NCBI GenBank assembly: GCA_013265495.1
Contig: MU061814.1
Span: forward strand, 6,327,684 to 6,391,683
Direction: 5' to 3'
DNA: 64,000 bases
Source: Vicugna vicugna
Lineage: Eukaryota
Below the pieces are notes generated by a model that saw nothing but the letters and a program-made list of their open reading frames with translations, searched no databases and was not told the DNA's origin. A program made the translations under genes and the position numbers. This document shows, piece by piece, positions 25,231-38,039 of the stretch; position 1 is the stretch's first letter; each line of letters opens with the position of its first letter.

Positions 25231-27861
25231 CTTCCGGAATAGCCTATGATGTTGGCCCCACCCAGGCCTACGCCTTCCGGCTGCCCCACACCCTAGACAG
25301 CCCAGGAGGTCGTCCTCAGACCATCGTCTGAACCTCACTGCCCTCTTGGGAGCTTCCCCCCGGCCTGGGAGACGTCTTAGTCTGTCTCCAGCCTGTCTCC
25401 CAACCCGATTCTCCATCCCCGAGCTGTCTACCCCGAGACCCCTGGTCCTCCTCCCAGCTCCCTTCACCTCCTGCTTCTCCTTCAAGACCTCACACAGATG
25501 CCACCCTGGGTCCCTAGGTGGACCCCCCAGGTGTCATTCCCTTAGGTGTCTTACCCTTGAGACATCTCTGTTACACGTTGTATCAGCCCGTGAGTGTCCC
25601 CACTTCCTTGGAGGAGAGCCTGCAGGCCGCCTGGCGGGGTACTGCCCCTGCATTCAGTCCTGGTACGGACTCAGGTGCTGGCCCAGAATCCTTGGGAACA
25701 CAGGCAGTGCGCTGTCAGTGCCGGGCTGGACGTGGGCAGGGAGGGCTCTAAATCGAAGTGGGGAGAGAAGCTACTCAGGGGCTTGGTTGGGAAGTTTTCC
25801 CTCCACCGCCTGCCTTCTGGGGAAGTAAGACCACGTTGGCCCAGAAAGAGGGTCAGACTCTGCGGTCCAAGCTGAGAGCTGTTTCTGTCATGACTTTCCA
25901 GTGGTCTGGTTACGTGCTGGCTGGATTACTCGGCTGTTTGTGTGATCTCCTTCAACTTCCTGAAGCCCACGCCCGACCTCATTTCTTCCCGAGCCCTCGT
26001 TTTCACCAAGCAGGTTAGCTGTGAGGCCCCCCGCCCTCCACACACATAAAGCAGGAATTTTCATGATGTGTGAGAGTTGTGAACGGCTGTGAGATCATCC
26101 CACGGGTCTGGTGTTTCCGGGAGATGTCGCTAGGGAAGCTTGTAGACCCTGAAGCCAGTGCATCAGCACAAAGAGAGAAGAAAGGCGGTTTGGACTTGAA
26201 ATCTGAGTTGCATCAGCACAATTTTTAGCCCCCTCGAAGGCTGCTGGCACACGTCATGAGAACCGGCTTCTGGGCCCTGGTTTGCTTGCCCAGCTGCAAA
26301 TCACACACTCAGCTTCTAAGTTCAGAATCTGCTGCTGGGTGTGGGGTTCCCTTCATGCCCGGGGTCTAAACTCCTGTACTTGGCCTGCAGCCAGCACCTC
26401 TGGCACCTAGGGGACCCCAAAAGGGCGCCGATGTGAGAGTCAGAGTCCCACTCTTGCTGGGACAATTCCCAGAGCGTCCTCAAGCTCCTGGAGCATGCGT
26501 GTCAGTGCAGGGACCTGGAAAGGCTGGCCCCCACCCCCTGCTGGGATGGGCCCTTACTGTCCAGAGCCACCGGGAGGCCGGCTGCCTCTGATCTGTGTGG
26601 TTAGTGTTTTTCCCAGACTCTGTTCTGTGTCTGCGTGTTGAGCTCGCCTGTCTAGACTGGGAAGCCAGCATGTGCGGCCCCCCATATTTCTAAGCTTAAA
26701 AGGCAGCAGAGTGGGTTCTTGCTGGGCAGTGTGGCAAGCTGACAGGTGGGTCTCTGCCCCCACTCCGGAAGAGGAAAGTCAGCCACCACATGGGGGCCAC
26801 TCTGAGCCCTGGGCCCGGGCTACAATTAAACTCTCCAGGGAGCAGCTGCCTGATGCCAGCCTCCTGGGGCTCACCCCTGTCCCTCAACAGGAGTGCTTCC
26901 ACTTCCTGGAGTTGGAGGGACTGGGGAGGGAGGAGGAGGGGAGAGTCCGAGGGCTTTGAGGCCCCAGAGCTGCGTGGACCTGGCAGGAGGTGCTCCCCGA
27001 TCCTGCCTGGTTCCCTCTTCTGAACTGGACCGGAGCAGGGGCACAGACAGACCTAAAGGGACCTCTGAGCAGCTTAGTTTTTTCCCTTGATACAGGAGAA
27101 AGTGCTGCCTCAAGAGCAGAGTAAAGTGTGCTTTCAGGGAAGAAGGAAATGGCCATTTGTCCTCTTGGGCTGGAGAATTCTGACTGAGAAAGTTGTTTCT
27201 GGGACTCCCGTGGGGACCCTGGGAGCTGTGGGTGGGCACAGGCGGTAAAGTGGATGCCTTCCCTGGCTCCTCCCCTGGACTGTGTCCAGACTTGGTGAGT
27301 TGGGTGGGTCGGGGAGTGGGAGGGAGGCCCCACCCAGTGCCGTCTGTGCCCGTGGGATCCCCGCCTATTTCCTGGTCTTGGGCCTCCTGGTCTCTCCTGT
27401 TGGCCCGAGGGGCTTGAGGGAGGAGCTGCCTCCTAGTGCTGAGGGTGGAACACGTTCAGGGTCACTGGTGTTGAATTCCACTTGGAGTGGGAACGCTCTC
27501 CGTGAAATCCTGGGCGTCTGCCTGGAGGAAGCAGGACCTGCTGAGTGTCTGTTGCTGTTGCCTGTGGTCCTGGCACCTGCCTGGGTGTTGGAGGCCTGGC
27601 CTGCATGCCTGACAGAAGCAGCTCTGCTCTGTTGTGCCCCGGGGCTGTGCCACCACCACCCCTCGTCATCCTGAGGCCCCCTCCCCTGCTGGCAGGCTCC
27701 CTGGCAGGCTCCCTGACAGGCCGCCTGGAGAGCCAGTCCTGTGATTTGGTTTGGAAAGTCATCATTACTGCCCGGCAGTTTAGCTGTTGTTTTTACAGCG
27801 TTGGTAAGGTTAAAAGAAATAATAATAATAGTATAAGAGAGACTCAGCCGCAGTAACTGCC

Positions 27862-28017
27862 NNNNNNNNNNNNNNNNNNNNNNNNNNNNNNNNNNNNNNN
27901 NNNNNNNNNNNNNNNNNNNNNNNNNNNNNNNNNNNNNNNNNNNNNNNNNNNNNNNNNNNNNNNNNNNNNNNNNNNNNNNNNNNNNNNNNNNNNNNNNNNN
28001 NNNNNNNNNNNNNNNNN
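27862..28017. other. Assembly gap (156 N)
   Basis: N run. Confidence 1.
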
Positions 28018-28604
28018 GACGTGGCTTGCGTTTGGCTTTTACTGAATAGAGAAGGCACCGGCGAGGCTGATTTAGAGGCAGAATAATGAGGAGCATGCAA
28101 AGCGATGGAACTGCTCCCCCACCCCCCATTTTCACCTAAACTCAGTGACAGCAGGTCTGTCCTTGCTCCGCTCAGCAAGTCTGCATTTTACTTCTCCCTG
28201 AATTCCACCTTAAAAAAAAATATGAATTTTTTTAAAAAAGGGAAGGAAAAGAGGAAAACTCACCCTCATTTTCCCATCGGTTCTGTTTGCATTTCCTGCC
28301 AGAAGCTGGACCAGCAGGTGGGACACCAGCACTGCCTCTGGGCCCCCCAAACCAAGTCAGAAGCCCCCACGGCAACTGCGCTCTTCAAGTCCTGGAACAG
28401 GGGAAGGACAGGCACCCAGGTCTAGGAGCTCCGGGGGCTCCAGGAAGATCTAGGGGAGCAGGTGGGGGTCTCGAAGTGACCTGCCTGCCCCGAAGAGTCC
28501 AGGGCGTGTGTACCACACCCCCTTCTGGACTTGCGGGCTCTCAGACTCTCTGAGGGCACCCCCACCTGCCCCCTCCAGGAGGTCCCATGGAGCCTGCCTC
28601 ACAG

Positions 28605-29465
28605 TATGTTATCTTTTAAAATATTTTTGGAAACAATCTCCAACTCACAGAAACTTCAAATACAGGACAAACTGTTTCCAGACCCACCTGAGAGTAGCTT
28701 TGCCCAGTTTGAGCCTGTCGCCCAGACCAATTGTTTGGGGGTTTCCAACGAAGCACAGGTTCTCCAGAGCTACTGTCTCAGAGGATCATCTGGCCCTCCC
28801 AGCATCCAGCCTTCTCGAGGGTGGGCTCAGGACACACCCTGCATCAGGCTTGCTCAGGCGTGGCCCTCCTTGGAGGGCACTGGGTGTCCTCGTGGCTGGA
28901 TGTGGGCTGTCTGGGGACACCAGGTGTGAGCTCACTCACTGGGTAAGTGGAGCCATCCCAGCATCTCTGGCTGCAAAGAAACTTTTCCCTTTTGCAATTA
29001 ATAAGGATTTTGGGGGAAGGTACTTTGAAACTATGAAAATACCCCATTCCTCATTAGACTACAGTTACTCATTTATACTGCTATCTGCAGAGGCACATGA
29101 CTTGTTTTATCCAGTCACAAGCATCATTCTGATGCGCAGATTGTCCATGCTGGCCCTCTGTCCTTCTAATGCCTCTCCTTCTCTCTCCTGCGCCTTCGTG
29201 CTCTCCCTGTCCTGGGCCTGGAGCCACCCCAGCGCCCGGCTCCTTTGGCTGGAGGGCCCAGGGTGAGCGTGCTCCCAGCCTCTCAGTGGACACGCACACA
29301 TACCTGGATTTATTTCTCCATTTTCTATACGTGCTGAAAACCACAAGTTCACATTATACCTCTGAGTCCAACTGCCCCCAGGATACGGTCTAGATGTCTC
29401 CCTTTCTGTATGTGTAACTTCTTCCTCCAACAGTGGGAAACCTGGTTTCCTGAACATACTTACTT
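28605..29465 (-). mobile_element. Fragmented old LINE-1 (L1MC-like) 3' region; boundaries approximate
   Basis: Blocks ttttggaaacaatctccaactcacagaaactt, ttttcccttttgcaattaataag..tactttgaaactatg and ttcctccaacagtgggaaacctgg resemble L1MC 3' ends. Confidence 0.6.
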
Positions 29466-29789
29466 GTCAGATCAAGGCCTCTCCCCTCCACCCTGGCGCC
29501 CACCTCCTCACCCTTCCCGCAGGCGCTCCCCAGACTGTGGGCTCTGACACCCCCTCGTCGTGGGATGGCCCCACACTTCCCTCCGGCCAGGACTTCTCCC
29601 CTGCTTGGGGTCGGGCCTGGTTTGTCCAGGTCACAGGGCGGGGCAACCTGGCAGGACTTGTGGCCTCAGTACCGGGTTCTTCTCCCACTTCCAGTCAGGG
29701 CGGCTGTGGCTCCCTTCGCAGCTTCCTTCGCGGTCCTGAGCTCCGCCTCCATGCATCCGTCTTCACGGCTGAGCCCTGTCACGTATGAG

Positions 29790-30370
29790 AGATGATTTCC
29801 TGTGCAAGCTTTGTTTTCCTTGTGCGTAATTTGCCCCATCCCCTCCCCCGACCTACCTGGTGTCCAGAGGTGCTTTTGAGACTGTGTCTGTGGAGGAGTT
29901 TTTATCCTACCACGTTCCTGGACTGATGTTTTGTCTGGGCACGGTTCGAAGGCCTTGCTGCGCTATGGGTACGCCACTCCAATGGTTGCTTCCGTCTGTG
30001 ACCTTTCCCCCGGGGAAGCTTTTTGGACCTCTCACTACTCCTGGTGTTTTAGAATTTCACAGTGCTTGGCTTGGTTGGAGCAGGTCTTTTTTATTCACTG
30101 CGTTGGGCACTTAATGGGCCTTTTAATCTAAAAATGTAATTTCCTTTGGTTCTGGGAAATTATTTTTTATTATTTAATTCATACTTTCCCCTCTCGTTCC
30201 GTGGTCCTCTCTTTCGGGAACCCTGGAGTTGGCCCTCAGGTCCTGCTAAGCTTTCCTCCTCATCGTTTCTCTCTGTCTTTTCCTTCTGTCTATTTTTCTG
30301 GTATGTTTCTTTGACTCTACCTCCCAACTCCCCTGCTGGATTTTTCGTTTTGGTTTTATGTTTTATTTCC
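29790..30370 (-). mobile_element. Highly diverged ancient LINE-1 5'/ORF1-type fragment; boundaries approximate
   Basis: T-rich strand with blocks such as tttttattcactgcgttgggcacttaatgggccttttaatct and ggttctgggaaattattttt, typical of old L1M fragments. Confidence 0.5.
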
Positions 30371-31005
30371 AGACCGGGGAAGACAGATGTGATGCTATCA
30401 GGCCTTCTCAGATAACTCTCGTGCTAATCTCTACCTCTGCTGCTGCCTGGCCAGGCCACGTCCGCTCTGTCCAGCCGCCGCTGGCTCTGTCCGTGCTCCA
30501 GCCCCTAGCCGCTGTCCACACTGCAGAGGAAGGGAGCTTCCCAAGGCCCACACTCACTCATCCGACGAAGGTTCCTGGACCCGCTCCCCACCCTTGGCCC
30601 TGCCCAAGGTTCCGGCCCACAGATCTGAGGGAGGCCTGGGACCTTCTCTGGACTTGGAGGAATGCCAGGCTTCCTTCTGCAGCCCTTGGGAGCCGTGGGA
30701 CATGGCCTGTGTGTCCTCCAAGGGCCTGTCTCCCCAGGTCTGAGAGAATGGTCTGCACCTCAGGGCTTTGGAGTCGGAGATTCTCTGGGTTCAGAGGGCA
30801 GAACTGGGGGCTGTCGTCCCTCCAGTGTCTACTGTGACTGTGGTCAGTTTTGTGTGGGCCTTAAATGGTTACTAGAATTTTATTCTAACCTTTCTGCCTC
30901 TCTGGGCTTTGCTTTAAACCCAAACAGCAGCAAGGAGAGGATGAATGAGGACTGAGATGAAAGCGGGGAAGAGTTTTTCCTTTTAAATGGCAGGATTTGT
31001 TTAGG

Positions 31006-31279
31006 TAGTTGTCCTTGGGTGTCTGCAGGGGACTGGTTCCAGGATCCCCCCAGTACGCTCTCCAGTCCCTCACACGGAACAGTGATGTATTTGCATCCCC
31101 CCACTCACATCCTCCACAGACTTCTAACACCTAGCACAGTGTAAATGCTGCCCAAATAGTTGCCAGCAAAGCCGAGGTTTGCTCTTTGGAAACTTCTGGA
31201 ATTTGAGGGGGGGGCGTATTCTCCATCCACAGTTGGTTGTATCCGTGGGTGCAGAACCTGCAGATGCGGAGGCCGACTG
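31006..31279 (+). mobile_element. MER2-type (Tigger family) non-autonomous DNA transposon
   Basis: Degenerate terminal inverted repeats tagttgtccttgggtgtctgcagggg...ggttccaggatcccc and gtatccgtgggtgcagaacctgcagatgcggaggccgactg. The internal gtatttgca and gtaaatgct..aaatagttg blocks match the recalled MER2/MER2B consensus. Confidence 0.75.
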
Positions 31280-32202
31280 TGCTCCATTCCAGGCCCAGTG
31301 TCTCAGAGGTACGTTCAGTCTATGGCTTTGAGGTGGAGGGGAGCAGAGGGAGGAGAATGTGCCCAAACTGCCCCTGTGAGGAGGCCTGGCCCCCAGGGCA
31401 GCTGCACGATGCTTGACGCTGGAGCACACCGACACGGAACCCCTTGGTTGGTTAGTGATGGGTGGGGTTTGGAGGGGAGGTTGGCTGCAGCCCTGACTTG
31501 GGATTAGCCACTGACATGTCTTCTGTGGCAGAAGTGGGCGCTGTCTGTGCTGTTCTGGGTTTCGGAGCCTCCCGCTGCGCAGGGGCCGTGCCTTCACTTG
31601 GCTGGAGTCCGAGTTGCTGCAGGTGGGGGTGGGGTCTGACCCCCAGGGCCTGTCCCACATCCCTGCCGTGGCCCATCCTCTTCCTGCACCCCTGGACCCA
31701 GCCCTCCCTGGCCTCCAGGCAGGACCAGAACCCAGGCTTACAGAACCCAGCCTGGGAGAAGCAAAGGCAACTTGCTCAGACTACTGCCCTGTGCAAGAGG
31801 CCCTGGGCGGCTTCACTGACCTGCCTCTAGTCCAGGGGCTCACACGCGACGGAGGGGGCAGTTCGTCTCTTGTCTGGCAGCTCCAGTTGTCAGAAATTGA
31901 TTTTTGATGTGAGCATCTCCTAAAGCACCCAGAGCACACAGAAACTCCTCTGGCTGGATCTGGATGGCCCCTGGTGTTTGAAGCAGCCCTTGCCCACTGC
32001 GCCCTGGCGTGGACAGGAGCGCCTGCCCTGCCCCAGTTCCTCAGGTGCACTCCTGAGCTGAGCAGGACACTGCGGCCTACCCCCTCTTGAGGGCTGGTAC
32101 CCTGCCTGGGCCGGTGGCGGGGGGCTGCAGCGGCCAGGCTGTGTGTCAGGACCTTGTCCGTGGACTCGCACTGCTGTGCTTCCTCCCTCTGTGTGCTGTT
32201 GA

Positions 32203-33435
32203 CTTTTAAAAAATAGCTTTATTGAAATATAATTTACATGTCACATAATTCACCTGTTACAAGTATAGAGTTCAGTGGCCTCAGCCAGTTCACGGGTTAG
32301 GCATCTGTCACCACAGTCTGACTTGAGAACGTTTTCGGCACCCTGCCCCCCGAAGAGACCCCGTGCCCACTGTTGCCCCTCCCCCAAGCCCGGCGCCGCT
32401 AATCTGCTCTCTGTCTCTTTGGATCTGCCATTTCTGGATGTTCCATAAGTAAAGAACCGTACAATCAAACGTAGTCTTTCTCGTTCGAATTCTTTCACTG
32501 AGTGTGATGTTTTAGGTTCAGCTATGCTGAACCGTGCGCGAGCTCTTTGATTCTTCTTTGTCGTCAAATACTGTGCAGTCGTATTTTGTATCGTCCATTG
32601 AGCAACTGATGGACATTCGGTTATTTCCACGTTTCGGCTAGTATAGATAAGCCTGTGACAAATCGCTGTGTGCAGGGCTCCGTGTGGACGTACATTTCCA
32701 TTTCTCTTGGGTCTATACCTGGAGTAGAACTGCGGGTCCTACAGTAAATCTGCGTTTAGGATTTTGATGACCTGCCGATGGTTTTCCAAGTGGTCGTGCC
32801 ATTTTGCTCCCCCGTCAGGGTGGACGGGGCCCCAGTTTCCCCACATTCCCTCCAGCACCTGCTGCTGTCCGTTGTGTTGGTGGCTGTGTGGTGGGATCAC
32901 GCTGTGGTTTCGTTTGCGTTTCCCTGATGACGAGGTGTGGAGCATCTTCATGTGCTTAGCGACCACTTACATGTTGTCCTTGGAGGAATGTCCATTCAAG
33001 TCCTTTGCCCATTTTAAAGTCAAGTTATTTGCTCTATTTTGGAGTTGCAAGAGCTGTTTACATGCTCTGAGTAAAAGCTCCTCCTCAGAACGTGACTTGC
33101 AAATGCTTTTTCCAGTCTGGGCTGGCTCTTCACTTTATTGTTGGTGTTATTTGATGCCCCAAATATTAGACTTTGCTAAAGCTCAGTTTACCCACTTTTT
33201 CTTTTGTTGCTGGTGCTTCCGGGGTCATATCTAAGAAACCATTGCCTGACCCAGCCAGGAAGATTGGCTTCTATGTTTTCCCAGAGTTTTGACTCTGACG
33301 TTTAGATCTGTGACCCCTGTGTTGGTTTTGACTTCTGATGTGAGGTGCATCCGCTTCGTTTTTATTGACTATTCTATGTCCCTTGATCTGCCATATGAAT
33401 TTTAGTATCAGTTCATCAAATTTTGCAAACAAAAC
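32203..33435 (-). mobile_element. Old LINE-1 3' end (L1MB-like) with adjacent ORF2 remnant; boundaries approximate
   Basis: Starts with tttaaaaaatagctttattgaaatataatttaca and contains typical L1M 3'-UTR blocks (gatggacatt..ggttatttcca, catttctcttggg..tatacct, gagcatcttcatgtgctta, tgtccattcaagtcctttgcccatttt, catatctaagaaaccattgcct). Confidence 0.85.
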
Positions 33436-33559
33436 AGAAGAGCCAGAGAGGTCAGAAGTGGTCAGATTCTGGGGAGACTCAGAAAGGAACAGTGGCAGGA
33501 CTTGGGGCCCAGGACGGTCCCCTGTGCTCACGCCCAGGGAGTTCACAGCTGAGAGCAGG

Positions 33560-33990
33560 GGGAGGGAAAGCTGTGGGCAGGGGTGGGATCAGGAGGTGGC
33601 AGGAAGGCAAGTGGAGCAGAAGGAGAAACCAGGAGAGAGGCTTGAGCACAGGGGGGTGGGGCACCGCCACGGGAGCAGGGAGCCAGTGTGATGAGGGTGG
33701 CACCTGGCAGGGACTGCTGTTTTGGTGGCGGGCTGTGGATAGAGGCCAGCAAGACTGGGGAGCAAGGAATGGCGTCTGCAAGTTGGAGACCCTTACAAGA
33801 TACGGTTATGAGGTGGGTGGAGATGCAGAGCTACTGGGGCTGGGGTGTGGAGTCCAGCCAGATAGTGTTTTTCGGATGTGGACACCTCAAGCTTGTCGAA
33901 CAGCTGAAAAGCCCCAGGAAGGGTCCAGTTGAGGGGGAATGATCACAGATTTGAGAGGAGTATCGTATATGGTTGAGGCTCCCGGGACAC
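33560..33990. mobile_element. Possible L2 LINE relic
   Basis: Purine-rich diverged stretch (ggagatgcagag..., gggtccagttgagggg, cacagatttgagag) resembling L2 ORF2 relics; family call is weak. Confidence 0.35.
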
Positions 33991-36900
33991 TTTAATTGGT
34001 AGTGGGAAGAAGGGGACATCACGCCCCTCTCCATCACGCTGGAGAGGTTGTCAGCCGGGATGCAGCTCCTCCTCCCCATGTCTGGGACAGAGGAGGACAG
34101 AGGAAGCCTGGGGCTGAGGGGCTGACCTGTCCCACTGGGTGGGCACACGGGAGAGCCAAGATGTGGGCTCTCTCCAAGTAGAGACCCTTCCTCCTTTGCT
34201 TGCCTGGCGGTAGGCAGGTAGTAAAAGCTCCTGGCTCCAAAGACAGGTCACCAAAGACAAAAAATCTAGTGAAGACTCGGAAAACATTTTGACAGGAGTT
34301 TATTTTGAGCCCACAGGGTCTCTACTGCCTTCAGAGCAAAACAACCCTTCTGCCAAAGTGGCACCTCCTGGTCTGTCCTTAGGAGAGGGATGAGCCCAGC
34401 TGTGGCCTCAGTCAGGGCTCTGCCCAATGGAGGAAGGTGCCGGCTGACCTCCCAGGAGACTCCCCACCCTGGGGACCCCTGACCTTATCCACCTACCTGA
34501 GTCCTGTAGATCTGAGGGTGGGACCTCTGTGGGTCAGATGCTGGGGGCAGCGTGGAGCAAGCAAGGCACGTGGTCCCAGGTCCCACGGAGGGGTTGTGGC
34601 CAGGGCCGCTGACCTCACTACCTGCTGCCCAGTGGCTTGCTGGCCATGTGTGTCTGTGAGCAGGGGCTCAGATGAGCTTGTTAGAGACCTCAGAGCCCAA
34701 AGAAAGGGTTGGTCTCGAGGAAAGCCTTGTCCTCACCTCTGACTCCTGATAAGAAAGGCAGAGCTCCTTCCGCATTCACTGTGTGCTGGAGGCTCTAAGT
34801 GGCTGTCCCCAGCTTCATGGGTGAGAAAGGTGGCTTGCAGGGCAGGGGCAGAACTGCCCCTCCACCTCCATGGGCTGAGTGTCAGCCCCTGGCATGACTT
34901 CTGGACGGGGCATCTGTGAGACCCTCTTTTGTGCAGGGCCTGCCTTTGGATCGGGGGCTCGGCTGTTGTTTGGGGATGTGGGGGCCTCATGTGCTGCCTT
35001 TGTGGCAGCTCAATGCGTCCAGGCAGGAGGGGTCTTGTCTGTGGTGGAGACACATGCAGGTCCCAGTGGGGACCAAGAGGGCCCCAGGTTGTCCCCCAGC
35101 AAAGGAGAAGGTAGGGCAGGACCCTGGTAACGTGGTTCTGGTCCTGGAGAGGGAGCTCGCGTAAATCCTTCCGCATCCCAGGGCCAGTGCTGCAGACCTC
35201 ACTGGGGTGCTGTTTGGAGGCAACGATGCCAGGGACGGCCTTTAGGCCCAAGTGTTGCCTGAGCAGCTGTGAGGCTGCAGAGACCAGAGCTGACCCAGGG
35301 AATGCAGGCGAGGGGAGAATTCCCCTCAACAGGACTTCGCTTTCAGACTCCCCAGGCAGGCGAGCGGGGAGGCATTGTGAGCTGGTTCTCTCTCATCAAA
35401 CAGAAAACGAGTGGCCCCTTCACACAGAGTTGTGCCGTTCACCCCCGCTGGGCTTCTTGGGAGGCAGGCGGGTTGAGGGGAGAAAGAGCTGAGGTGGTGC
35501 TTCCAGGACACCTGCTGGGATGACGACTGATGCTCGCAGCACAGACTTAGGGTCCTGTGTCCTTCCCTTCAGCTGTCAGGGAGACAGGCCCTAGTTACCC
35601 CATTCACTGACACGTTGCAGTGACAAGAAAGTCCACTGGAGCCTCGCAGATCAGCCCAGCGTGCAGGCTTCTGCGGCGCCTTCTCTCACGGGAGGTACCT
35701 GTGGGAAGTGAACCCCGTTTATGGCCGGGGGTCTCCCAGCTTTCATTGTCGCTGTAGATGCAGAACCCTCCTACCATCTTCAAGTGTGACACACACGCTG
35801 TGGCCAGAGTGATTCTTGGTGATTCCTGGTGATTCACATCCTGAATTTCCTCCCTCCATTCCCTTCGAGGAGGCTGTCTGCTCCCTCCTCCCCACTGGTG
35901 GTGTGAGTGGCACCCTCCTTTTGCGTTTAGGATCCTGGGCGACTCCTGTCGTAGGTTTGGGAATTTGGGTGCCCAGTGGTTGAGCCTGGTTCCCTGTGGA
36001 GCCTGCTGGTGTCTGCTGGTGCCCGGGTGGGAGAAGAGTTGCGTAGCTTCCCACTCTCCACTTGAGCCAGTCCTCACGGGGGCCCTGCAGGTGACCCATA
36101 GCCCAGAGGGTGAGGCACACAGTAGGAACACACAGTAGGTGCCAAATTCTGGTGGTATTACCCATCCCTTTGAAGACTTTGCATCAGGCTGTTTCCTTGA
36201 CAACCTGTCTGCTTCCCTCTCTGTTTGTGTTCCTGGGGGTCACCAGCGGCCCTTTAATGGGGTGGAGTCATTTCCAGACAAGAGGACACTGTGGCCAGAG
36301 CCACAGAACTGCCCGGGGCAGAAGTGGTGGAATTATAGAAAACCAGCATTTGGGGACACATGTCAAAGACGTGAGAAGAAGGATAATGGGTGTGACAGCA
36401 GTGCGCCTGACCGGCCTCCAGCAGAGCCCAGATTCACTTCCAAGGGGAGGCAGAGAGCAGAATGCAGGAGTATTCATTTCCTGTTTTTATTGTTGGTTAC
36501 TTCACGACCTTCCTTTGAAAGCTGCAGTGGTAGAAAGCTGGTTGTCATGGAGACAGGGAGTGCCGTGCAGGGAACAGGCACACAACGCCTCTCTTTGTCA
36601 GGTCCAGCTGATGCCTTTCGCCTCTGCTTCACGACGTGTGAATTTACCTGACGAATTAAATATCAACTGGAGGCAATGCCCTGGAGAGAGGCAGGCGCAC
36701 AGGCAGAGGAAGGACCTGGGAGCCAGGGCCCAGGGGCGGCCGAGCGTGGGGCCGCACCCGACTCACATCAGCGCCCGGGTTGGAGGGGCCGTGGGGGTGG
36801 AACCCCACCCCAACTCTAAGTCAAGTTCCACACGACAGCGCCAGAGCTGGGATGCCGGTGAGGGAGTGTGCCCCAGCCAGACTGAGGTCTTCCTCAGAGA

Positions 36901-38003
36901 GCTCCTGTGTCTTGTCCCTGAAACGGCCGTGGGGCCATGACCCTGGATGTCTTTCTGGTGGGTCCCTGAGAAGGGCTGTACACCTGCTGTGGAAAGAGTG
37001 GCCTGAGTTCCCCAACTTCTCCCCTGGAGCTGGCACAGCGAGGGTTTATTAGGTTTTCTTTTTCTGACCCTCAGAAAATGAGTTCCGGGGGGAGCTGCTG
37101 AGTCAGAGGTGGACGCAAGGACACAAAGCCAACGACTGCAGGACCTCAAGACTCTTCCTGGGTGGACGTGGCAAGGTGAGGTACTCAGGGGCAGCCCCCG
37201 CCCCGGGCCTGGCCTGGCACGGGACCTCCTCCCTCCTCGACATGGGGCACGGAGGGACTTTTGATACCATGGTCGTCCGTCTAGATCAGGCAAAGAGTAA
37301 GTGGGCTAGGACCATCAGTGATCTGGTCACTTTAAAATTAGAGGAAGAAAAATAACTGAATGGAGTAAAACCAAAATGTGGCAGCAGGGGCTCACATCTG
37401 CCAGGTCCCTGCTCTGGGTCCAGTCACACCAGGGCTCCATGACTCCCCTCAGTTCCTGTTCTCTGTTCTCCCTGCTGCTTCCGGCAGCCTGAGGGTCTTG
37501 GACTGACGTTGCCACAAGGACTCCTGAGTTCTGCTGACTTTGTTTATTTCGATCTTCCCAAGTAGGGGCAGATAGTGCCCAGTTCCTACCTGCCTGGAAC
37601 TCGCTGATGGAGGTGCCTCAGGCTCTCTGCCTCCCTGGAGGTGCTGCAAGCCCCGGATGTCACATGCACTTACTGCCACCCCAAGTTTCTGATTCTAGAG
37701 CTTCCATGACGTGTTCTGGGTAAAGCCAGGCCCCCAGGCTCAGCGGACCCCCAGAGATGGAGGTGGAGGTGACAGCAGGCTTGGTGGGCATCCCTTCCTG
37801 GATCTCAATTCTGATCTCTCATTTTCTTTGGCATGTGGATGCTCTCCATCAGGGATCCAAGCCATGATCCAGGGCAGGGCCACCAAGTCGTAGTGGCCCA
37901 GGGTAGAGATGAGGTGGTCATGGAGTTTTAGGCAGCGACCCCACTCAAGGCACTTGTATTTTACTCTCGAAGCCCAACATTTTTCTTTTGAATGTGGTGG
38001 CTG

Positions 38004-38039
38004 GCCGTGATTGTACAGTGGTTAGTACTCTGCGTTGTG
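38004..38039 (+). pseudogene. 5'-half tRNA-His(GTG) retrocopy, tailless, with 14-bp target-site duplication
   Basis: GCCGTGATTGTACAGTGGTTAGTACTCTGCGTTGTG is 34/36 identical to nt 1-36 of vertebrate tRNA-His-GTG (recalled sequence) and ends at the anticodon. Flanked by GAATGTGGTGGCTG (37990-38003) and GAATCTGGTGGCTG (38039-38052). Confidence 0.85.

Noticed and set aside
35570-35700. Candidate second untranslated exon (cag|...GGAG|gtacct) about 8.7 kb upstream of the ATG; another candidate near 37560-37720
   Set aside because: The distance fits the recalled human layout, but several AG/GT pairs fit equally well and I cannot fix boundaries without cDNA.
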